Shown here: one piece after another, positions 58,250-64,000 of the stretch
Position numbering within the stretch: position 1 is the first letter of the stretch
How the letters are laid out: every line of letters begins with the position of its first letter
Source of the DNA: Bryobacteraceae bacterium
GTDB taxonomy: Bacteria > Acidobacteriota > Terriglobia > Bryobacterales > Bryobacteraceae
Direction: 5' to 3'
DNA length: 64,000 bases
Assembly (NCBI GenBank): GCA_963770345.1
Contig: CAVYPH010000013.1
Coordinates: 140,280 to 204,279, forward strand
The notes under the pieces: model-generated
Database searches by the model: none
The model's input: the letters and a program-made list of their open reading frames with translations, nothing else
What the model was told of the DNA's origin: nothing
Position numbers and translations under genes: made by a program

Positions 58250-60848
58250 CGCCCAGGCGCGCGCCCGGGAAGCGCAGAAGTCAGGGCGTTTGGCCGAAGG
58301 CATTCAAACAATCGATGCGGCCATCAAACGGCTCGGTGAAGATGCCGCGCTCGCTGCCCTGAAAAAGGATCTCGCTGCCCAGCTTGAGGCCCGTAGACGC
58401 GATGAGGAGACGCAGGCAGCCCTCCGGCAGGCAAGAGATTTCCTGGCCAAAAACGACCCCACCTCGGCGACCCAAATTCTCCAAATTCTGCAGCGGGTCC
58501 AACCACAAGCTCGGGACAACAAGCAGATCGCCGAACTGCTCGCGGCAGCCGAGACGAAACTTACGGAGCAGAAACGGGAACAGGCGATTGCGGTCCTCAC
58601 CCAGGAAGTAAACAAGCTTGGAGCCGAGGGCCGGTTTGAACAGGCCCTGCGAACGCTTGACGGCGCGCTCGCACAATTCCCCGGCGTAGAACATCTGGAA
58701 CGCTTGCGCAGACCTCTTCTGGCAGGCCAGGCGCGCGTGGAATTGCTGGCGCTGGCGAAACGGCTGCATGGGGAAGGCCAGTTCGACGCCGCATTGCAGA
58801 AAACTCAAGAGGCTTTACGAACGGAGCCTCTTGACACCGAGTTCTTGCGGTTAAAGTCGGCGATCGAGGCGGACCTGGCGAAGCAAAGGCAACTCGCCGA
58901 GATCCGCAAAACGATGGAGCAGGCCCAGGCGATGCTGCGCGCGGACCATCTGAACGAAGCCGTCGCATTGCTACAGCGGACAGCCGTGCAGTATCCCGCG
59001 GAGAAGCAGGTTTCCGACCTCCTGCGGACCGTCGAAGAGGAACTGCGAAAGCGCCAGCGTGCAAAAGAATGTGAAGACGGCCGGGCGCAAGCACAGTCCT
59101 TGCTATCGCAGAACAAACAGGAAGAAGCGATCGCGTTGATCGAAGGCCGCTTTGCAAACGAACCGTCGTTTCAGGATCTGCTGCTCCGCGCGAAAAAGGA
59201 ATTGGACGCAAAGCAGCGCGACGCGTTGCTGCAACAAGCCGTAGCACTCGGCAGGGAGCAGCGTTTCGAGGAAGCGGTACAACTGGTCGATCAGGCGGTC
59301 AGCCGGCACGGGTCAACAGACGCGGCGGTCGAGTTACGCCGCCGCCTCCAAGCGGAACTCGATCAGCAGTTGCGTCGCAAAGCCCGCGATCGCGACCGCG
59401 CCCAGCTACTCGCCCTTGAGCAACAGATCGGGACAAATCCGCCCAAGCGGAAGTTGAACAAGCTCGCCGCGGAAGCCCAAAGCATCGCCGCCAGGTACGC
59501 CGCCGATCAGGAGATTGCGGCGATCGCCGGCAGAATCCAGCAGGCAGTGCTAGCGGTGCCCGAGGAAAAGGGCTTGTCGCCCCGCCTCTTGGTGGGCGGC
59601 GGCGTCGGCGTTGCGGTTCTAATCGGAGCGGCCGTGTTTTTCCTGCGGTCACCGTCTCCGGCTCCCCCGCCGGTAATAGCGCCAGTTGCCGTTGAGATCC
59701 ACACTGATCCGCCGGGAGCGTCCGTGCGGATCGAAGATCGTTCGTGCGTCACGCCCACCTGCCGTTTCGACCTGAAGCCAGGACAATACCAACTGGAAGC
59801 GCGGTTGAACGGATACCAGACGATCCAACAGGCCGTCAACGTGGAGCCAGACAAAGGCTCCCGCATCGTGGAGTTGACCCTGCAGCCCGTACCCGCACCC
59901 CCGCCGCCTCCCGGCGATACGACTCCGGCGACCGGGACACTGGTAGTCCGCGCGGGCGTACCGGGCGCACTCGTCTACATCGACGGTGCTGCCCGCAGCC
60001 GTACGGACCAGTCCGGTTCGGTCACCCTGCCGCTGGAAGCGAAAACATACGAAGTGCGTGTGGAGAGAAACGGCTATGACAAACCGGCCGCGCAGAAGGT
60101 GACGATCGCCAAGGGAGGCAGGCAGGCAGTGAGCTTCCAACTCGTTCAGCAGGTGGCCAAGGTCGAGTCCCACGGCCCACTGCCGGGAGCGGAGAAAGGC
60201 GGTGGCAAACCTTCCGGTGGCACGGACATCGGTTCGCTGCACCCCACTTCAAATCCGGACGGTTCACGGGCGAAGGAGGAGGCGGCCCGCCTCGCGGAAA
60301 CGGCCTGGAACGCCCTGGACAAGAACAATATCGAGGCGGTACGCAAGTTTGCCAGAGAGAATCCGGACAATCCCCACAAGACGGAGGCCCAGAAGATTCT
60401 CGACCAATATGATGCCGCCCAACAGCGGCTAGCGCAGGAGCGCGAAAAGCAGGAGCAGATCAAGAAGGATTTGGCCCGCCAGGAGCAGGCCAAACAGGAA
60501 CTCGCCAAACAAGAGCTGGCTAAACAGGAACTCCAGCGAAAACAACAGGTAGTCGACACGTTGAAACAACTTGACTCGGCGCTTCAGCGTAAACGAGCGG
60601 CTGACGTAAAGACGCTTTGGCCAACCGCCAGCAAATTGTTCTTCGACTCCCTACGGAGCGGGCAGGTCGCGATGTCGCTAAGCGCAAATGAAGAGGATGT
60701 CCAATTCCCGCAAGGGCCCGACCAGGCGGTTGCCCGCGGCATTCTGAGTACCAGGGCCACCGGAACGGCGCCAAGGCAACAAAGCGTCACCTTCACGCTC
60801 CGCAACACCGGAGGCACCTGGAAAATCGAACAAATGAGAGTCCAGTAG
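58092..60848 (+). CDS. Continuation of the kinase: helical repeats, TM helix, two PEGA domains, coiled coil, C-terminal NTF2-like domain
   Basis: From about 58230 the frame-0 reading VLKAILDAQARAREAQKSGRLAEG... continues the same repeat register. TM helix LLVGGGVGVAVLIGAAVFFL. PEGA-like VEIHTDPPGASVRIED...YQLEARLNGY and GALVYIDGAARS...YEVRVERNGY. The overlap with the upstream ORF argues against an independent gene. Confidence 0.6.
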   Translation: MPKRVPMRMISTAQSRCSMRPCDGTDQMMPWRAPAMTPAPGKLPRNVLKAILDAQARAREAQKSGRLAEGIQTIDAAIKRLGEDAALAALKKDLAAQLEARRRDEETQAALRQARDFLAKNDPTSATQILQILQRVQPQARDNKQIAELLAAAETKLTEQKREQAIAVLTQEVNKLGAEGRFEQALRTLDGALAQFPGVEHLERLRRPLLAGQARVELLALAKRLHGEGQFDAALQKTQEALRTEPLDTEFLRLKSAIEADLAKQRQLAEIRKTMEQAQAMLRADHLNEAVALLQRTAVQYPAEKQVSDLLRTVEEELRKRQRAKECEDGRAQAQSLLSQNKQEEAIALIEGRFANEPSFQDLLLRAKKELDAKQRDALLQQAVALGREQRFEEAVQLVDQAVSRHGSTDAAVELRRRLQAELDQQLRRKARDRDRAQLLALEQQIGTNPPKRKLNKLAAEAQSIAARYAADQEIAAIAGRIQQAVLAVPEEKGLSPRLLVGGGVGVAVLIGAAVFFLRSPSPAPPPVIAPVAVEIHTDPPGASVRIEDRSCVTPTCRFDLKPGQYQLEARLNGYQTIQQAVNVEPDKGSRIVELTLQPVPAPPPPPGDTTPATGTLVVRAGVPGALVYIDGAARSRTDQSGSVTLPLEAKTYEVRVERNGYDKPAAQKVTIAKGGRQAVSFQLVQQVAKVESHGPLPGAEKGGGKPSGGTDIGSLHPTSNPDGSRAKEEAARLAETAWNALDKNNIEAVRKFARENPDNPHKTEAQKILDQYDAAQQRLAQEREKQEQIKKDLARQEQAKQELAKQELAKQELQRKQQVVDTLKQLDSALQRKRAADVKTLWPTASKLFFDSLRSGQVAMSLSANEEDVQFPQGPDQAVARGILSTRATGTAPRQQSVTFTLRNTGGTWKIEQMRVQ

Positions 60849-60850
60849 GA

Positions 60851-62401
60851 CTAGAAGCTGTAACCCAGGCCGAACATCGGCGTTAGCCGCGCCGTCAGCC
60901 CGTTGTCATCCAGTCGCACCAGAAGATTGAAATTGGCCACCAGGTTGCCAATCACCCGAGCCTTGTAGCCAAACGAAGCGTTGTATTGACCAAACGAGAC
61001 GCGGCCGGCGCTCACCAGGCCAGCCGCTGTGGCCTTACCCGGAACCGCGGCTCCACTACTGTCCCCATTTACACCCGTTGGCAGCAATAGATTCGAGATC
61101 GTCTGAGTCGTAGCGTTCGGGATCCCATGAATCCACCCCACCTGATTTCCCAGGATGTCGGCGATGAGTGTGTTGTGCCGCCCCAAAGCCAGTTCCGCAC
61201 CGGCCGCCCAGGTAAACACATCCGGAAGGAAATCCTTGGTCGAAACGAAAGGCGCGCCGATGTAGTTGACCGTGCCAGTCGACGTGCTAGTGCTGAGCTG
61301 AGTACCTTGTAACTGCCCGCCCAGAACACTCTTCCCGCTGAATTGCCAACCAAAGTCGAAATGCGGCGAAAGAACAATATCGTTCTTCAAGGGCTTCGAA
61401 TAAAATGACACTGCGGCAAAGGGCTTCACGGTGGTGGTTCCGACGCCCAGATAGTTTTCCGCATCACCGGTCGGGAAGCGCAGGTCGGCGCCGACGGCGA
61501 CCACGACGCTGGACTTCCGCAACACTGTCCCTTTCGCACGTACCAGAAGATCCCCAAAGCCGGTCTTCGACAACGCGGTTTGACCAATCTGCGGCTGGAG
61601 CAAAGTAGGATAGCCAGGCGTAAACGTATTCACGCACCAGCAAGTAGAGCCATTGGTCCCAAATCCATTTCCGGCATAGATCGTCCCGTTATAGGTGCGG
61701 GCCCCAACCGAGGAGTGAATCGTCGGCAGGCCCACGGACACGTCGAATCTGTCGGTCACACCGTAAGTGAGAAACGCGATGTCCTGCGAAAGCCTGACGT
61801 CCATGCCGATAGCGAACGTCGCGGGAACGGTGGAGAGCTGGCTTCCCAGAGTGACTTTCGATGGGTCGCCGCCCTGATACAAGATGCTCAGCGCGTTCAG
61901 AGAAGTACCGTTGTACTTGGTGAAGTGAAAGGTCTGATTCGAAAACCCGATATAGAACTTCCCTTTCCCGATTGTCTCGGCGCGCTCCGTAAAGATCGGA
62001 CCAAGAGTGCTGCTCACCGGCAGCTCCGCGCCGGTCGCGGGATCCTTTCGGACGATCACACCGGACGCCGGAGACGACAATGGAATGATCGAAAGTGCCG
62101 TGGCAATACTGGCATTCAGTGCGTTGTTCAATTGCACGATGTTCTGCGAAACACTGTAGTTGGCCCCATTCAGGACATTGGCCGCAGTCGCATCGGCCAG
62201 ATTTGCCGCAGCGGCCGTCTCCGTAAAAATGCTGGGAACCGATCGGCTCAGAGTGAAACTGCTGGCGCCCGTCAACGTGGGTACAGTTATCGAGGGGTTG
62301 GTAGCCGAGTACATCAGCACCTGAGAGACGCTGGGGGACTGCCCGTAGGCAATGGCCGTGAAGAGAATCGCTGCAACAAGAAGTCTCGGACGGTGAAACA
62401 C
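60851..62401 (-). CDS. Putative outer-membrane beta-barrel protein
   Basis: Signal MFHRPRLLVAAILFTAIAYGQ. Alternating amphipathic beta-strand pattern with a C-terminal ...PMFGLGYSF (terminal Phe). Confidence 0.55.
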   Translation of the reverse strand: MFHRPRLLVAAILFTAIAYGQSPSVSQVLMYSATNPSITVPTLTGASSFTLSRSVPSIFTETAAAANLADATAANVLNGANYSVSQNIVQLNNALNASIATALSIIPLSSPASGVIVRKDPATGAELPVSSTLGPIFTERAETIGKGKFYIGFSNQTFHFTKYNGTSLNALSILYQGGDPSKVTLGSQLSTVPATFAIGMDVRLSQDIAFLTYGVTDRFDVSVGLPTIHSSVGARTYNGTIYAGNGFGTNGSTCWCVNTFTPGYPTLLQPQIGQTALSKTGFGDLLVRAKGTVLRKSSVVVAVGADLRFPTGDAENYLGVGTTTVKPFAAVSFYSKPLKNDIVLSPHFDFGWQFSGKSVLGGQLQGTQLSTSTSTGTVNYIGAPFVSTKDFLPDVFTWAAGAELALGRHNTLIADILGNQVGWIHGIPNATTQTISNLLLPTGVNGDSSGAAVPGKATAAGLVSAGRVSFGQYNASFGYKARVIGNLVANFNLLVRLDDNGLTARLTPMFGLGYSF

Positions 62402-62579
62402 AGTTTTGCTCCTTAAAGTGTCATAACATCATTGCGTTGAACAAATCTAGTCTAGCGTAAGACAGCGAAGCCGTCATGAATCTTTCGCAGCCTTGGTACC
62501 GTTTACCGGGCGCAACATCCCCACTATAGTAATGCGTAAAAGGTTCGTACTTCCGGCGAAAAAAACTTGTCATACGGTC

Positions 62580-62627
62580 GAAGAGATTGGTATGGCCTTA
62601 GCGGGCCTGCCGGTCGTTGCCGCATGA
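62580..62627 (+). pseudogene. Relic 3-prime end (16 codons including the stop) of a TrpB2-like gene
   Basis: gaagagattggtatggccttagcgggcctgccggtcgttgccgcatga encodes [15 protein letters not shown]-stop. This is identical in protein to the end of the 53505-54867 gene (54820-54867) with 7 synonymous differences and TAA changed to TGA. No upstream coding sequence remains. Confidence 0.7.
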
Positions 62628-62742
62628 TCCCCAGATTTTGCTAATCTGGAGAGATTAACTGGTTTCCTTTGGGGAAAGGGGACGCAGTATCTCTGCGTGT
62701 TCGGAGCGGCTTGCTTTAGATTTGCTTCTAAAGGGGAGTCGC

Positions 62743-64000
62743 ATGAAATTTTTCATCAGGTTATCGCTCGGCGTGCTGTTATTGCTGGCGGCAAGTTCTT
62801 TTGTTCTCCAGGCACAAATCACCGGCGATATCGTCGGTATCATCACCGACGCAAGCGGCGCGGCAGTTCCGAACGCAAAAGTAACGCTCACCAGCAAAGA
62901 AACCGGCGAGGGCCGTACGGTCACGTCCGACCATGAAGGCCGCTACGCCTTCAAGCTGCTCAAGATCAGCTCTTATGAAATCGCCGTCGAGGCGCCAGGC
63001 TTCCGGCGCACGGTGGCTGAGGCGGACGTCCGCAGCGCCGAGATCACGTCGGCCAATCTGAAACTCGAGGTGGGGCAGGTTACGGAACAAGTGGTGGTGA
63101 CAGACGCGGCGAGTCCTCTTGATACCCAAAACTCTCAGGTACAGCAGTCTGTGAATTCCAAGGAAGTTCATGAGATCCCGGTGGCGCGCAATCCCAACAC
63201 GTTTGCCACAATTCTTCCTGGCATTGTGCCTCCGATGGGCAGCGTCAACTCGGGCAGTTTCGTCGCGAATGGAAATCGCACGCGCGCCAACAACATCACC
63301 ATCGATAACATTACCGCTACCGACGTTTCGGTTGCCGGAACCGGCAGCACCAATAATGGACCGCTGAACTTCTCGCAGATCAAGGAAGTAAAGATCATTA
63401 CGAACAATTTCAGCGCCGAATTCGGACGCAACTCCGGCTCGCAAGTGCAGTACATCACCAAGAGCGGCACCAACGATTTCCACGGCGAGGTCTACGAGGA
63501 ACTGCGCAACAACGTTTTCAATGCGCGGGATTGGTTCGACCAGAGCGGTAAATCGACCGTCACCCGCTACAACGAGTTCGGCGGAGTGTTCGGCGGCCCT
63601 ATCATTCATAACAAGACGTTCTTCTTTGTCGCGGGCGAGGGATTGCCAACGGCGGGCCTCGGGGCGGCGCGCATCGCCCAGGTGCCGACAGCCTCGATGC
63701 TGGCCCAGGTAACCGATCCTACGTCGAAGAAGCTGCTGAGCGCCTACAATCTCCCTGCCGCAACCAGCGATCAGGGCACCTTTGGAACGGTGCAGCAAAA
63801 TGCGTCGAATGCAACCAGCTTTCATAGTTATTCGATTCGCTTCGATCACCAGATTTCCGAGAAGGACAATATCTACGGCCGCTTCGGAACGGCTTACAAC
63901 GCAGGCTCGAGTTCGGGAAATACCTTCATCAACACGAACATTGGCGGTTTCGGACTGAATTCGACCAATACAATTTACAGCGTGAACGTGAATGAAACGC
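62743..64000 (+). CDS. TonB-dependent receptor-like outer-membrane protein with carboxypeptidase-regulatory-like N-domain (3-prime partial, runs off window)
   Basis: GGGGAG lies upstream of ATG 62743. Signal MKFFIRLSLGVLLLLAASSFVLQAQ. ITGDIVGIITDASGAAVPNAKVTLTSKETGEGRTVTSDHEGRYAFKLL is a CarboxypepD_reg-like segment. The plug-like segment is ..IKEVKIITNNFSAEFGRNSGSQVQYITKSGTNDFHG. The ORF is open to nt 64000. Confidence 0.75.
   Translation, partial: MKFFIRLSLGVLLLLAASSFVLQAQITGDIVGIITDASGAAVPNAKVTLTSKETGEGRTVTSDHEGRYAFKLLKISSYEIAVEAPGFRRTVAEADVRSAEITSANLKLEVGQVTEQVVVTDAASPLDTQNSQVQQSVNSKEVHEIPVARNPNTFATILPGIVPPMGSVNSGSFVANGNRTRANNITIDNITATDVSVAGTGSTNNGPLNFSQIKEVKIITNNFSAEFGRNSGSQVQYITKSGTNDFHGEVYEELRNNVFNARDWFDQSGKSTVTRYNEFGGVFGGPIIHNKTFFFVAGEGLPTAGLGAARIAQVPTASMLAQVTDPTSKKLLSAYNLPAATSDQGTFGTVQQNASNATSFHSYSIRFDHQISEKDNIYGRFGTAYNAGSSSGNTFINTNIGGFGLNSTNTIYSVNVNET

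Noticed and set aside
58236-58252. Possible programmed +1 frameshift at the kinase stop. The tct tga c context is superficially like the prfB CUU UGA C site, and skipping one nt enters the downstream frame.
   Set aside because: The downstream frame already encodes repeat-consistent sequence (VLKAILDAQ) for about 8 codons before the stop, so the frame switch lies upstream of the stop. There is no Shine-Dalgarno-like stimulator in the right place, and UCU-to-CUU re-pairing is not cognate. A mutational or assembly indel is simpler.
60489-60533. Three tandem 15-nt units (gccaaacaggaactc-like) that could be mistaken for a short repeat array.
   Set aside because: They are in frame inside the kinase continuation and encode AKQEL x3 within a Lys/Gln/Glu coiled coil. 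This is coding low complexity, not a CRISPR or regulatory array.
62631-62649. Hairpin ccagatt/aatctgg after the trpB2 relic as a bona fide terminator.
   Set aside because: It is only 7 bp, AT-rich and has no U-tract. I mention it only as context for the relic.

Overview
High-GC bacterial chromosomal segment; spot counts of 60-nt lines give roughly 60-65% GC. It is very probably Acidobacteriota of the Solibacter/Bryobacter type. Supporting this are a secreted protein with a Solibacter-type C-terminal domain, a PEGA-domain Ser/Thr kinase, a carboxypeptidase-regulatory-domain TonB-dependent receptor, and many Tat-signal enzymes. I can support about 60 protein-coding genes or gene remnants. I saw no rRNA, tRNA, CRISPR array, transposase or integrase by eye. 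Main points follow. (1) 4838-7288 is a compact bufferin-like RiPP cluster: a secreted 6-Cys Lys/Gly-rich precursor, DoxX, a DUF692/MNIO oxidase and a DUF2063 partner. A strong stem-loop follows the precursor gene. (2) Reading-frame disruptions are strikingly clustered. An ATP-dependent DNA ligase has about 4 frameshifts. A DUF255 thioredoxin-like gene has 2 frameshifts and 1 TAG. A hybrid histidine kinase has 4 frameshifts and 1 in-frame TGA. Single lesions occur in a vapC toxin, a TrpB2-like gene, an HExxH protein and a giant Ser/Thr kinase. (3) The last 16 codons of the TrpB2-like gene recur 7.7 kb downstream with only synonymous differences, bracketing the kinase/outer-membrane-protein segment. 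(4) A lower-GC islet at about 26.7-28.8 kb holds an orphan AbrB-type antitoxin gene and a HEAT-repeat protein with an unrecognised N-terminal domain. (5) 31.5-42.8 kb encodes many cofactor-dependent enzymes with twin-arginine signals. They include a DegT-type aminotransferase and a tandem PIG-L pair whose second copy lacks both the signal and the AHxDD motif. The remaining genes are housekeeping or accessory: the sdhCAB operon, an ABC exporter, an MFS transporter, glcD, aldo/keto reductases, bactofilin and a TMEM175 channel. All calls come from reading the translations by eye; no database search was run.
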